From assembly GCA_950097015.1 (NCBI GenBank), contig CATNEN010000032.1:1488001-1552000 (forward strand): 64,000 nucleotides of DNA. The letters run 5' to 3'. Positions 1 to 18,517 of this stretch are shown in pieces (the stretch's first letter is position 1; each line of letters begins with the position of its first letter). The notes under the pieces are model-generated. The model was not told where the DNA came from. It ran no database searches and worked only from the letters and a program-made list of their open reading frames with translations. Both the position numbers and the translations under genes were made by a program. The DNA comes from Macrostomum hystrix. Its lineage: Eukaryota; Animalia; Platyhelminthes.

Positions 1-85
1 CCGCGGCTGCACGTGGAATCGAGCTCAGGGACAGAACCTTGGCGCGAGACGCAAACGCGTTAGACCACTCTGACACTACCCCCTT
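1..85 (-). mobile_element. 5' head of tRNA-derived SINE (family A), cut by window edge
   Basis: ggaatcgagctcagggac...cttggcgcgagacgcaaacgcgttagaccactc closely matches 41521-41575; reverse complement has A-box-like and B-box-like (AGCTCGATTCC) motifs. Confidence 0.75.
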
Positions 86-133
86 ATTATCTTGTAACAT
101 TTTAAATAATATACGAGTGCATTCTATTGACAG

Positions 134-506
134 AAAAACTGGTGGCTGGTCGGTGAATCCGCCGTTCATCGAGAGCGTCTTGGAGGAGGCGGCCAGATGC
201 GTCACCAACTGCCTGGATGGGGGCGCGGCCAGCTGGTTCTTCATGAACTATCCTGATTGGCGCGACTCGCCCGGCTGGACCTTGCTGGACGCCTCGCCGC
301 ACAAGCTGGCCCGATTCGACTTCTCGCCGGGCGAATTTCTCATCCAGGACGCTTACGGCAGGGCCTCGCGCCCGAAGATGAAGCTCAGCATCTTCGCTCT
401 GGGTCGGCTACCTGACGGTTCGCCACCAATTGAACGCCTGCGTGACGCCGTGTTTAAGGCGCGCCCACCGGAATTAGCTGAGAAGTGGTCCGCCGCCACC
501 TTTTGA
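134..506 (+). CDS. Terminal exon of PCIF1/CAPAM-like N6-adenine methyltransferase domain protein
   Basis: Acceptor ttgacag| at 133. Translation GGWSVNPPFIESVLEEAARCVTNCLDGGAASWFFMNYPDWRDSPGWTLLDASPHK parallels the PCIF1 catalytic region (NPPF motif, then SF..F.P.W.D). Upstream exons lie outside the window. Confidence 0.65.
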
Positions 507-1572
507 TGGGCTGAATTGGGCGCTTGGGCGTTTGCGAATTTAGTATCAAAATTCACGACTTAAAGGGCTAGCTGTTCAATTTGTTCCTTTTTAGAACCTG
601 CGCATTGTTAATGACTACTATCTTCTAACCTATATTATTCCCTTTATTCAACCTACTTTTAGCTGATCGATATTAAAACACAAGAAACGTTTCTAATTAA
701 CGCTTACGCCTTAAAGAATAGCTTTATAATTTTTTATGATCGAGTTTGTAAATTATGAAGACTTAGGCCATCTGGTATCGTTATCTAAATTATGTATATG
801 ATAGTGGCTGCTTAATTGGCATTCTGTGGTTAGAAAGTCTGAGGCTGCGTTTAATGGTCCGAGGCGAGCGAAGCGAGCCGAGGACTATTGACCAACTTCT
901 CCACTCAGACCCAATAATCATGATTGTTCAACGGTAGACGGATGTCTATGGCCACGCCAGGCCACGCCAAACAGATTGGCCTTTTTGACTTTATTTTAGG
1001 CAAAAACGAATTGAAACGATTTGAAACAATTAGCGCAATTGAAACAGTAACCCAACTGACAGCAGCATGTGCTGCACTCCCTCTGTCCATTGTCAAAATA
1101 CAGATGCAGATGCTCAGTGGGGCTCCTGGGGCGGTCCGATCGTGAAAGTGCAGTTGGTGAAACTGCAGTCACCAAATACCGCAGCGTAGTTGCGGCCCGT
1201 AACGCTGACGGCTCTGTTGCTCACGTTGCTAGTCGCACTTGACACCACCAACGTTGCTCAATGACGGTTTGTGCAACGGAGGAAATCTTGTCGGGTGCTT
1301 TTGTCAATGTTGTTGTGTATGCGGTTGCCGAGATAGACAATAAGAAATTGTCACCAGTGGCGCACATCAATTGTCGCAGTCCGTCTTTTATTATCAAACT
1401 TTGTATAATTCTGTGATTATCAAACGGCCATATTTTGACGACCATAAACTACGAGTATGATCGATTTAGAGATTAATATATATTTATTTATTTATCACTA
1501 CATATAAGCAACAATAGAAATAGAACATGTGATAGTTGGTTTAGTTGAATGCATGAATGGCTAGTTGTTAGC

Positions 1573-1990
1573 TCAAGCGTGTGATAATCGGTCATTACAA
1601 TCAGCCATCCGACTAGTAGCCGAAGTTGACGGTACAGTTAGAGAAGTGGCAACCAGAAAAACACAGGATAAATTCAACCTACTTAGCGTAATACTCTGGC
1701 TACGCAACTCCTCCACATTTGACTCTGATGCCACCGCTTGTTCAGGTATGTGACGTGTCCTGGCCAACGCTATTTCCGTACGGGAACCATTCGGTTGTAG
1801 AGCGAAGCACAGTTGTAGCCATGTCTCGCAGCGTGTGATTGCACGCTTCCTCGATAGATACCGCCTATAATACAGTCGCCTCGCCCTGCTGTCCAGTGAT
1901 ACTCATGATATCGGGCACTGTGAAGCCAGCTTCATGCAGATTGGCAGCCCTAGTTACTCTAATGCAATGATTCGTATACTTCTTGGAGAG
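1573..1990 (-). pseudogene. Decayed Crypton-like tyrosine recombinase, catalytic C-terminus
   Basis: Hand translation of the minus strand from 1990: LSKKYTNHCIRVTRAANLHEAGFTVPDIMSITGQQGEATV, then a frameshift to RYLSRKR. Collinear with YTGHCIR...ITGHKS...RYLRHGRKR at 30361-30798. The second His is Gln. Confidence 0.75.
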
Positions 1991-3129
1991 CCTTCTTGGA
2001 TGAGGATCAAATTGTAATGTACAAAACTTTATAACTAATGTACACTACTAATGTAACTTCCACTAATGTACAAAACAATATCTGCTTCCAACCAAAAGCT
2101 GTCACCATGAAAAAATGAAAATAGTGGAAATTTATTATCTCCGTAGTGTATTTTTCGCGAAAACCAGCCTTTAATTTTGTTTCTAAGAAACGTAGTTTCC
2201 CGTCCTTCTACTCCTAGTACTTGGTCCTTGTTCTCTGACGAAAACACTTTGGGCCAAAGCTGGCCAAATTCATATAGTATGTACAGTTTGTATGTAGATT
2301 CTATAGTATCCATGCTTATTGAGCGCTGTGAACGTTAAGCGAGCGCACGACACAAAATTAATATATATATGTTTTTATAGTTTAACAACTATACGAGTCC
2401 AGATTATCAAGAGCTGCCATGATGGGCAGACTAATAACAACCGAGAATACGGTTCGATGATTTTTAAAATAACTATTTTGAGCTAATTCTGGCTGTTCGA
2501 AGTTTACTTCTTCAGGTCCTCTCAATCTCCATTAAATTCTACTGTCTTCTTCTTCGTCTGCGTCAATGATTTCTTTTACGACTTTTTCGGTTCAATATTA
2601 GTCTTTTTCTTAAGCTTTTCCTCTGGTGGGTATCTGACCTCTGATTTCTTGCTTCTCTATTCTTATTCTTCTCTACTTCAGTTTCTTCTCAAAATGTAAA
2701 CTTTAGTATACTCACTAGCTTATAAAATTGCCCCTTTGGGGGAGGGACGGAGGGAGGAAAGGGGAATTAGCTTTGAAGCCGTGACAAAATTACAACTTTT
2801 GACTCCAGTGGTTCTATTATCAATGGACCCAGCTCAACCCTTCGACATTTAATATTTATTGACCTTTAACATAGTCACGTTTCGTAAATTCAAAAGAAAA
2901 ACAAATATAATTTTATTTTTACTTGCAATAAGTAAAAAAGATTTAATTCCTCGTTTTGTAAAAAAGCGACTTAAGCGTCCCTCCGGGGAGCAGAGGCAGA
3001 ATTTTAGGATTCATACAATCCCCTCATGCAAATTACACTTGTCCTCTCAATAAGCTTATACGCCCTCTCCCTTTGGCCCCAAACATAATCGCCTCTTGGC
3101 TGGCAACCAAGGCAGAAAAAACCTACCCC

Positions 3130-3990
3130 CCACGCAACAGAGATCCAATGTCGCCTAAGCAGCTGAGAACCAATGTCCCCCCGCAACAGAGAACTTATGT
3201 CTCCCCAGCAGCAGAGAACCAATGGCCCCTCAGCAGCAAATAACCAATGTCTTCCCAGGAGCAGAGAACCAATGCCCCCTCCAAACAACTGAGAACTCAT
3301 TTACCCCCAGCAGCAGAGAACTAATGTCCCCCAGCAGCAGAGAACCAATGGCTCCTCAGCAGCAAATAACCAATGTCCTACCAGCAGCAAATAACCAATG
3401 TCCTACCAGCAGCAAATAACCAATGTGCTCCCAGGAGCAGAGAACCAAAGTGCCCCAAACAGCAGAGAACTAATTCCCCCCTGCAGCAGCAGAGAACTAA
3501 TGTCCCTCAGCAGCAAATAACCATGATTGTCCTACCAGCAGCAAATAACCAATGTCCTATACCAGCAGCAAATTACCAATGTCCTCCCAGCAGCAAATAA
3601 CCAATGTCCTCCCTGGAGCAGAGAACCAAAGTGCCCCAAACAGCACAGAACTAATTCCCCCCCCCCAGCAGCAGAGAACTAATGTCCGCAGCAGCAGAGA
3701 AGTAATGTCCCCTCAGCAACAAAAAACCAATGTCCCCCAAACAGAAGAGAACCTCCATAATACCAGGCTACCAAACCCCCAGCGAGAAATATTTGCCCCC
3801 CCTTGACAAGAAACCATTGCCCCCATATAGCAGAGAAACGATTTTACTCAGCCCAGCAGGCAACAAATATCTCCCAGCAGTCAACCAATATCCCTTCGAA
3901 GTATTCAATCAATGCCTCCCTTTAGCAGAGAACCAATGACCCCTTAAGCAGGTAACCAATTACTCCCTTTAGCAGAGAAGAATTTCCTCT
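3130..3990. repeat. Degenerate ~21-bp minisatellite (cagcagagaaccaatgtccc)
   Basis: Recurring cagcag(a/c)aaa/gagaac-caatgtcc units, visibly diverged. Confidence 0.85.
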
Positions 3991-4959
3991 TTAAGCAGTA
4001 AGTTATTTCTCCAATAACACATTTTCAGGATTAAATTTGAAAATAAGAAGCACAAAGAATGAGTAGGCCAGGAACAGTTGAGAAATATTTTCACAAATTA
4101 CTACGCAATGGATGTCGACCAAAGTCCCTCGGCAGGTAATGAATGTACCAAGGAACGGGCGAATTTCTCAGAGCTGGTTTGCGATTATATATTTATAATC
4201 AATATTGGCCGGTGGAAGGCACAGTGTAGATAAACAATTAAAAACCGGAAAATGAGTTTGGCGGAAATTCAAGTTTTCAAAATACGGTATATTATTTTTG
4301 GGGCCTGCCTCTATTTTGTGTCTATTTATATATTCAACCTCTTTCTTTTAAATACAATCCTGGCCTCTTTTGGCCTTTGCAATATTGGTTACAACTTATT
4401 TGACTATGTTCAATTGTGCATATGCCTTCGTTTCTTATTTAGGCAGTGAAGTAATAAGAACTACCAAAATTTTGTAAAGCAAATTCTTTTAAGACTAGCT
4501 ATTTAGTTAGTTTTCTAAGCTTCACTTTGAAGTTTCGAACAGCAAAATAGCATGCATAATACATGCTGTACAAAGGAATCAATTATACCGAAAATGAAAA
4601 CTATATATATGCCTATATCCCCTATATGTGTGTCAATTCACTCAATGTTAAAAAGGGATCTTGTTGTTGTTCTAGCAAATGCATTATCTGATTTGTGCGA
4701 TTACTTCTCTTAAAAAATTGCTTTCCTAACAAGATAGTATATATTAAATTTCTAAACATGTGCTTCATTCTAAAGACATTAAATATTAAAAAAGCAATCA
4801 TATTCTACTATACTTTTAATGCCATTTTTAATCTTTAGAATAAGGCCCGAGACTTACTGTATTAGGCCTAGCACCCATATGTTCATTTATATATAGCGAT
4901 AGTGATATTGGTCTCTTGGCTGATTGAGTAATTTGATTAGAATTAGTAAAACATAAGAA

Positions 4960-5930
4960 TGATTTATTACCTGGAGGTTAGCATGATTTATCAAGATGGT
5001 TGCATAAATTATCAAGGGGAAGGCATGAACTATTGATAGGAAACATGACTTATCAAGAGGGTAGCATGGATTATCTAGGGGAAGGCATGAATTCTCAACA
5101 GCAAAACATGAATTATTGATGGCAAGCATGAATTATAAACGAAATAGCATGACTTATCATCAAAACAGCATGAGGTAGGCCTATTGTCAAAATAGCATGA
5201 ATTATCAAGCAGTAAGCATGAACTATCAAAGTGGTAGCATGAATTATTGAAGGGGTAGACTTAATTATTAAAGGGCAGCATGAATTATCAAGATGGTAAA
5301 AAAAATTATAGTGGGGAAAACATGAATTATCAAGCAAGTAGCAGGCATTAATGAGAGAGAAGCATGAATTAATGAAGGAAATGTATGAATTATCAATGAA
5401 GTTACCATGAATTATCATGGGAAAAGCATAAATTGAGAGTGTAGCATAAATTATTGAGAGGTAGCAAGCTTTGTCCAGAGATAGCATGATATCAAAGGTG
5501 TAGCATGAATTATTGAGGGGAAGCAAGCTTTGTCCAGGGATAGCATGATATCAAAGGTGTAGCATGAATTATTGAGGGGAAGCATGCTTTGTCCAGGGAT
5601 AGCATGATATCAAAGTTGTAGCATGAATTATTGAGGGGAAGCAAGCTTTGTCCAGGGATAGCATGATATCAATGGTGTAGCATGAATTATTGAGGGGAAG
5701 CAAGCTTTGTCCAGGGATAGCATGATATCAAAGGTGTAGCATGAATTATTGAGGGGAAGCAAGCTTTGTCCAGAGATAGCATGATATCAAAGGTGTAGCA
5801 TGAATTATTGAGGGGAATCATGCTTTGTCCAGAGATAGCATGATATCAATGGTGTAGCATGAATTATTGAGGGGAAGCAAGCTTTGTCCAGGGATAGCAT
5901 GATATCAAAGGTGTAGCATGAATTATTGAG
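4960..5930. repeat. Degenerate gcatgaattat repeats grading into a 59-bp tandem array (~8 copies, 5464-5930)
   Basis: Unit gcaagctttgtccagggatagcatgatatcaaaggtgtagcatgaattattgaggggaa; consecutive starts at 5464 and 5523. Confidence 0.9.
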
Positions 5931-6097
5931 GGAAGGCATACATTTTCGAAGAGAAAGCATACTGTACTAAAGTATATTTTACATATTACATATTACTTAT
6001 GCATATATCTTAAAAAATGGAGCACAATGGAATGAGCGTGTTTCAATGGTCCATGTTAACGGCAATGTGATCTGTTATCAACTCCCTACCGCAGCCC

Positions 6098-7237
6098 ATG
6101 GCCACCAGCAGCAGCAAACCCGAGGAGAAGCGCATGGGCTACTGGTACTTTGGTGGCGTAGCCAGCGCCATGGCCGCCGCCTGTACCCACCCGCTGGACC
6201 TGCTGAAGGTCCACCTGCAGACGCAGCAGAAATCTGATGTTGGCCTAGTGCGCATGGGTCTCATTGTGTTGAAACGTGATGGCGTCATGGGCCTTTATAA
6301 TGGTCTGTCGGCTTCCATCATGCGCCAGCTGACCTATTCCATGACTCGCTTTGCCATCTACGAGACCTACAAGGGCAAGAAAAGCCAAGGCAAGATGTCC
6401 TTCGCTGAGTCGGCTGGAGTTGCCCTGGTTGGCGGCTTCCTTGGCGGCTGTGTCGGCAACCCGGCCGACATGGTGAACGTGCGAATGCAGAATGACGTCA
6501 AGCTTCCCATGGACCAGCGGAGAAACTATCGACACGTGTTCGATGGCCTGTACCAGGTGAGGCTGTGGGGGCGCCAAATTCACGGTCTCATTCGGGCATT
6601 GCGGCCAATGGATAGTGGCACATCCCTTTGACCAGTTCAGATGCTCACGCTCATCCCCATGACCAATTCAATGTGACACATCCCCATCACTAGTTGACAG
6701 GTCGCTAGGTGACAGGTTGTTTATTGAGCTAAATGACTAAGTGTAGCCAAAATATAATTCATCGATATAATTATCTAATCTGCCTTCCCTATCTGCAAGG
6801 TGTGCCGCAACGAGGGCGCCATCAAGATGATGAACGGCATCTCTATGACTTCAACCCGAGCAGCCCTGGTGACATTCGGCCAGTTGGCCTTCTACGATCT
6901 GTTCAAGGGCGCCCTGATCTCTACCGGCGTGTTCGGCGACGATCCGCTGACCCACTTCACGGCTAGCTTCGGCGCGGGCGGCACGGCCACCCTCGTCACG
7001 CAGCCGTTTGACGTGATGAAAACTCGCCTGATGAACGCCAAGCCGGGCACCTACAGCGGGCTCTCCGCCTGCGCCTCCGACATCTACGCCTCCGGCTTTC
7101 TTTTCTTCGGCTTCTTCAAAGGCATCGTGCCGGCCTTTGTTCGTCTGGCGCCTCACACTGTGCTCACTTTCGTATTCTTGGAGCAGCTCAAGGCACATTT
7201 CGGCTATACTGTGGTCTCCGAATCCAAGAAGGCTTGA
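6098..7237 (+). CDS. SLC25A10: Mitochondrial dicarboxylate carrier, 2 exons, 298 aa
   Basis: join(6098..6556,6800..7237), GT-AG, phase 0. WYFGGVASAMAAACTHPLDLLKVHLQTQQ; three Px[D/E]xx[K/R/N] carrier motifs (PLDLLK, PADMVN, PFDVMK). Confidence 0.95.
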
Positions 7238-7339
7238 GCTCAACCTGGGCTCGGCAGCCTCATGTAACTCGCGGGCCAAAGAGGAATTCTGAAAGAGGAC
7301 TGCGGAATCACAGTAGTGAGATTGGACATAGAGAGGAGA

Positions 7340-8140
7340 CAGTATATAGATTAGACACGGGAGAGATGAGACAAGCGAGATATCAGACATGGGAGAAATG
7401 AGACACAGGAGAGATGAGACACGGGAGAGATGAGATACGGGAGAGATAAGACACGGGAGAGATGAGACACAGGAGAGATGAGACACGGGAGAGATCTCTA
7501 AGTACTCTAAATATGCGGAGATACGGGAGAGATAAGACACGGGAGAGATGAGACACGGGAGAGATGAGACATGGGAGAGATGAGACACGGTAGAGATATG
7601 AGACACGGGAGAGATGAGACACAAGAGAGATTAGACACGGGAGAGATGAGACACAGGAGAGATGAGACATGGGAGAGATGAGATACGGGAGAGATGAGAC
7701 ACGGTAGAGATCAGACACGGGAGAGATGAGACATGGGAGAGATGAGATACGGGAGAGATGAGACACGGGAGAGATGAGACACGGGAGAGATCAGACACGG
7801 GAGAGATCAGACACGGGAGAGATGAGACATGGGAGAGATGAGACATGGGAGAGATGAGACACGGGAGAGATCAGACACGGGAGAGATCAGACACGGGAGA
7901 GATGAGACATGGGAGAGATGAGACACGGGAGAGATGAGACATGGGAGAGATGAGACACGGGAGAGATGAGACACGGGAGAGATCAGACACGGGAGAGATG
8001 AGACACGGGAGAGATGAGACACGGGAGAGATGAGACACGGGAGAGATGAGACACGGGAGAGATGAGACACGGGAGAGATGAGACATGGGAGAGATCAGAC
8101 ACGGGAGAGATGAGACATGGGAGAGATGCGACACAAGAGA
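7340..8140. repeat. 16-bp minisatellite (gacacgggagagatga)
   Basis: Direct tandem copies just downstream of SLC25A10. Confidence 0.95.
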
Positions 8141-8894
8141 GGAGATTAGGTGTTGATGAGGCCGGTGACCAGATTTTAAAGCTTTGCGAATGTTGATGTC
8201 CGCCGATTTGAATGAAACAATTCAATGGTTTATATCGAAATTTTAAATAATTTTTTTTGGCTTAGAATGTGTTGAATTTGAATCGATCGTAAACTTTTTT
8301 GTTGAAGTTCTCGTCGAAGATCATTTGCTTTTGTCTAGCTTTTGTCTAGCTGTCAATATGCATCATCAGCCGTTTTTGTAGACTTTTCCACCTCCTAGAT
8401 TAGTTTAGTATTGATTTTCACGCTCATCAGATAACTATAGTTATAGACCTTTTGTGTGAGTGTATTTTAGTTTATTTTATTTGTGTCGTGTGGCACGCCC
8501 TGCTATTGCACTTTCGCTTGAGTAGGCCATACTACTATTCAATTGCAGTAGGTATTAATAACTGAATTTACAAAGCTTCATTGCTCTCTATGGGCTGTTT
8601 GTTCCTTTCTAGTTTCGTTGGCACTGTTAAACGCCTAACGAAGGTACACAACGCAAATTTCTGAAAATTATTTTGAGAATAATTAATTTAATTGTATCTT
8701 TCAGCCCTCAAATTTAAATGGAAAGTTTTTGCATGAGTTTTTTCATTGATCTTTCCATTTTACTTATCGCTTTTTGTCTTTTAAGTACAGAGTCTATCAA
8801 CTGCGAACCTTGTTCGCATTGTAACATCGCGATTATAACTCTTCCGTTGTCCTTCATTTTAATCTATTTCCCTCCCATTCTCAATCTATATCTG

Positions 8895-9730
8895 CTTCTC
8901 ACCCATCTATCTCCCCTTGTCATCCATCTATCTCCCCTTGTCATCCATCTATGTCTCCTTGTCATCCATCTATCTCTCCTTGTCATCCATCTATCTCCCC
9001 TTGTCATCCATCTATCTCTCCTTGTCATCCATCTATCTCTCCTCATCATCCATCTATCTCTCCTTGTCACCCATCTATCTCTCCTTGTCACCCATCTATC
9101 TCTCCTTGTCATCCATCTATCTCTCCTCATCATCCATCTATCTCTCCTTGTCACCCATCTATCTCTCCTTGTCATCCATCTATCTCTCCTTGTCATCCAT
9201 CTATCTCTCCTTGTCACCCATCTATCTCTCCTTGTCATCCATCTATCTCCCCTTGTCATCCATCTATCTCTCCTTGTCATCCATCTATCTCTCCTTGTCA
9301 CCCATCTATCTCTCCTTGTCATCCATCTATCTCCCCTTGTCATCTATCTATCTCTCCTTGTCATCCATCTATCTCTCCTCATCATCCATCTATCTCTCCT
9401 CATCACCCATCTATCTCTCCTTGTCATCCACCTATCTCTCCTTGTCACCCACCTATCTCTCCTTGTCATCCATCTATCTCCCCTTGTCATCCATCTATCT
9501 CCCCTTGTCATCCATCTACCTCTCCTTGTCATCCATCTATCTCTCCTTGTCATCCATGTATCTCTCCTTGTCATCCATCTATCTCTCCTTGTCACCCATC
9601 TTTCTCTCCTCGTCATCCATCTATCTCTCCTTCTCACCCATCCATTTCTCCTTCTCATTTATCTATCTCTTCTTCTCAACCATCTATCTCTATTTCTCAC
9701 CCATCTATCTCTTCTTCTCACCCATCTATC
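8895..9730. repeat. 21-bp minisatellite (catctatctctccttgtcatc)
   Basis: Tandem copies; explains the 7-aa-periodic ORFs in several frames. Confidence 0.95.
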
Positions 9731-10464
9731 TCCTATTCTCCCTATCCCCCTTCCAATCTTTCTCAGACTCGTCCTTCATATTTTGCTCAGCTCACTTAGA
9801 TTACTCAGAGACTCGTACATATGATGCTCCTGAGCGCAGTCTTTTGTGCGCCTCTAGCTCACTGCACGAGATTCGCCGAATTTCCTAAGAAATGTTTTCC
9901 TACATATGACTTTTATTATCACATGCGGAGATATTTCTACCGTGTAGTCTCTTGGTCTATAATCAGCCTTTAAAAGTATAATTCTAACAGTCTTTACACA
10001 GTAATCGCTTTATAAATAGAATAGAGTAGAGTTTTATTATTAGAGTTATGTTTCATCTAATATTCCTCATGTTGTCAGGTATGCACTGCATATACTACTT
10101 GGAGCCGAACCTATTTGCAGTAGTAGGTATCACCTGTAAGCTAAATATTGGGATTGGCATTTTCATATTTAGCTGACACACTTGAAGCAGATATTAACAC
10201 TTCATTTGCAGGCATGTCTTGTAGAAATCAAATGCTTCTTTTTTTTCTAAGAAACACTTTTTTTGTAATTTTCTGCAATAAAAGAAAATTTGTAGAGTTT
10301 TATTAACCAAGTGATAATTTCAACTTATAGTTATTCTGTGTCGCCAGGTTGATCATCTTTTCAATTTATTTTTTTGCGCGGTTTAGCTTCTGCTGGACTG
10401 CTAATTAGTAGAATAATTAGTATCATTCGATTTTGCCTGTGATATGTAGATTATCTTAGTCTAG

Positions 10465-15728
<5,264 letters not shown>

Positions 15729-15799
15729 ACACCCTATTGGCGGGCTGCCTTTGATTTTTTACTAGATTCTGTGTGGCGCAATTTTCGCTGACTCTTTAG

Positions 15800-16110
15800 G
15801 CCTGTCTGTCTGTCTGTCTATCCGGTCTGTCTGTCTGTCTGTCTATCCGGTCTGTCTGTCTGTCTGTCTATCCGGTCTGTCTGTCTGTCTATCCGATCTG
15901 TCTGTCTGTCTGTCTGTCTATCCGGTCTCTCTGTCTGTCCGACTGTCTGTCTGTCTATCCGGTCTGTCTGTCTGTCTGTCTATCCGGTCTGTCTGTCTGT
16001 CTATCCGATCTGTCTGTCTGTCTGTCTGTCTATCCGGTCTGTCTGTCTGTCTGTCTATCCGGTCTGTCTGTCTGTCTATCCGATCTGTCTGTCTGTCTGT
16101 CTGTCTCTCT
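15800..16110. repeat. Compound (CTGT)n microsatellite with ctatccg interruptions
   Basis: Directly visible, 3' of the Cdc42 stop. Confidence 0.95.
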
Positions 16111-17134
16111 TTGTGCATCATTTTTAGTGTCTCAAAGGATTTCTTTTTAGATTTCGTCTCTATTTATATTCGATTTTTTTATATTTTCTTCATTAAAAAA
16201 TAGATTAGATTGATTGATAATCTGAGTCGGGAATTTTAATTCAGTCATGTCTGCGCGCGGCTGTTGATCAGTTTTTGTTCGCTTTGCTTGTTAGCTAAGT
16301 GACTTTTTGTTGGGTTTTTTGCCAAAGAAACAGTTTTCAGAGCTGTTTTTGTGACTATCCTGCTCGTTCATTATTATTTTGTTTTTTATATCCTTGCTAT
16401 ATAACATGAACTCAAAGTTAATATTGTTTATCCGAGCGATTGCGATAAAAAAAGATTTTTAATTTGCGTACTCATGCCAGTTTTATCCAGTTCTTTGCTT
16501 TATCCACCTGTATTCTAGTCGTTTTGCTTCTTTGCCTTGTTTTGTTATAAGCAATGCTCCATTATGCTGTAATATGATATATAGCCATCTTACCAAGATT
16601 CTAACAACCTTTCCTAATTGTGTGCCCGCTTATTTTTAATAAGTTTTTAACGTTATTACATTTTATTATAGCAGTTTTACTATTTAGGTTCCTAAGTCGA
16701 CTATGTAAACATTAATAGGTTAAATAACTGATGAAGTCTTGAAAAAAATTGGTCATTACTAGTCGAATTATAAGCATGATGTGCAATGCAGCTTTAAAAA
16801 ATTATATTTTTCATAATCAGCAATGGTTTCCTTAATTATTGTTCAACAAACACGCTTTGCTTTGAAAACTGGAATTATTTAATCTGCTATCTTCACACGC
16901 GAGCTACCTTATGAATGTTTTTAAATATACTGTAGCCTATTATTGTTACTATATACACGTAAGTTGCACTATTAAATGGCGCAGTTTTTTATGATGCGAT
17001 TTTAAACACCTGAAGACTCATATTTGAATTTCTGCTCTTTTTTAAAGTGTTCCTTGTTATTCATCGCGCCTTAGGGCTTCAAATGGATTTGCAACTCACT
17101 ATTAATTGATATTACATGAGCTCAGAACTCGCAG

Positions 17135-17700
17135 CGGCACTGGGTAAGGTTCGGGACTCGCAGTGGGACTGGGGTGGAGGTTCGAGACTCGCAGTGGGAC
17201 AGGGGTGGAGGATTCGGGACTCGCAGTGGGACTGGCGGGGCTTGGGAACTCGCAGTGGGACTGGGGAGGATTCGGGATTCGCAGTGGGACTGGGGGAGTC
17301 TTAGGACTCGCAGTGGGACTGGGGGAGGCTTGGGACTCGCAGTGGGACTGGGGGAGTCTTGGGACTCGCAGTGGGACTGGGGGAGGCTTGGGACTCGCAG
17401 TGGGACTGGGGGAGGCTTGGGACTCGCAGTGGGACTGGGGGAGTCTTGGGACTCGCAGTAGGACTGGGGGAGGCATGGGACTCGCAGTGGGACTGGGGGA
17501 GGCATGGGACTCGCAGTGGGACTGGGGGAGGCATGAGACTCGCAGTGGGACTGGGGGAGGCATGGGACTCGCACTGGGTCTGGGGGAGGCTTGGGACTCG
17601 CAGTGGGACTGGGGGAGGCTTGGGACTCGCAGTGGGACTGGGGGAGGCTTGGGACTCGCAGTGGGACTGGGGGAGGCACGGGACTCACAGTGGGACTGTG
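17135..17700. repeat. ~29-bp minisatellite (ttgggactcgcagtgggactgggggaggc)
   Basis: ~19 tandem copies; related in reverse complement to 23255-23645. Confidence 0.95.
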
Positions 17701-18139
17701 GAGGTGTGTTCTGTTATTTAAAGTACATTAAATTCGGCAAGTAAACGGCGACCTTTTAAGATTGTCTTGCGTCATCAATGGTTCTAAAAAGTCTACAAGC
17801 CAAGCGGCCTAATCACTGAACTCTGGGCCACCCCACCGACACAATTCAAAATCATGTATGCAGCAAATCCGGACGCGTTTTGTGTCCTTCAAGCTAAGTT
17901 TAGCGATAACTTTGTTCTCTTTAATTATTGAAGGTCGGAGGTGCCTAAGAGTCTAGGTCCACAACTGGCCTCTTTATCCTTCGAGCAGCTGTTTGCTCAT
18001 TGCATCGGCTATGAGTTCTATCGTAGCAAGATTAGCAGTTAAAACTATTTGCACTTTTATTTCAGGTTTCTGCTAAACTTTTCGGAACAATTCAACGACT
18101 TATTTAGACACTTGGATTTATACAAAGAATAAATTCTAT

Positions 18140-18480
18140 AATCCCTCTCCCATGGGATAGATTAGCAATCCATTCTATTCCCTCTCCCATCGGATAGATT
18201 AGCAATCCATTCTATTCCCTCTCCCATCGGATAGATTAGCAATCCATTCTATTCCCTCTCCCATCGGATAGATTAGCAATCCATTCTATTCCCTCTCCCA
18301 TCGGATAGATTAGCAATCCATTCTATTCCCTCTCCCATCGGATAGATTAGCAATCCATTCTATTCCCTCTCCCATCGGATAGATTAGCAATCCATTCTAT
18401 TCCCTCTCCCATCGGATAGATTAGCAATCCATTCTATTCCCTCTCCCATCGGATAGATTAGCAATCCATTCTATTCTCTC
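18140..18480. repeat. 37-bp minisatellite with GATAGATTAGCAATCCATTCTATT core
   Basis: ~9 near-identical copies. Confidence 0.95.
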
Positions 18481-18517
18481 ACTCATCAGCCCTGCCCAGC
18501 CCTCAGTATCCAAGCCT

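Noticed and set aside
8718-9888. Long ORFs (368, 323, 282 aa) as proteins
   Set aside because: Pure 21-bp periodicity, open in several frames on both strands.
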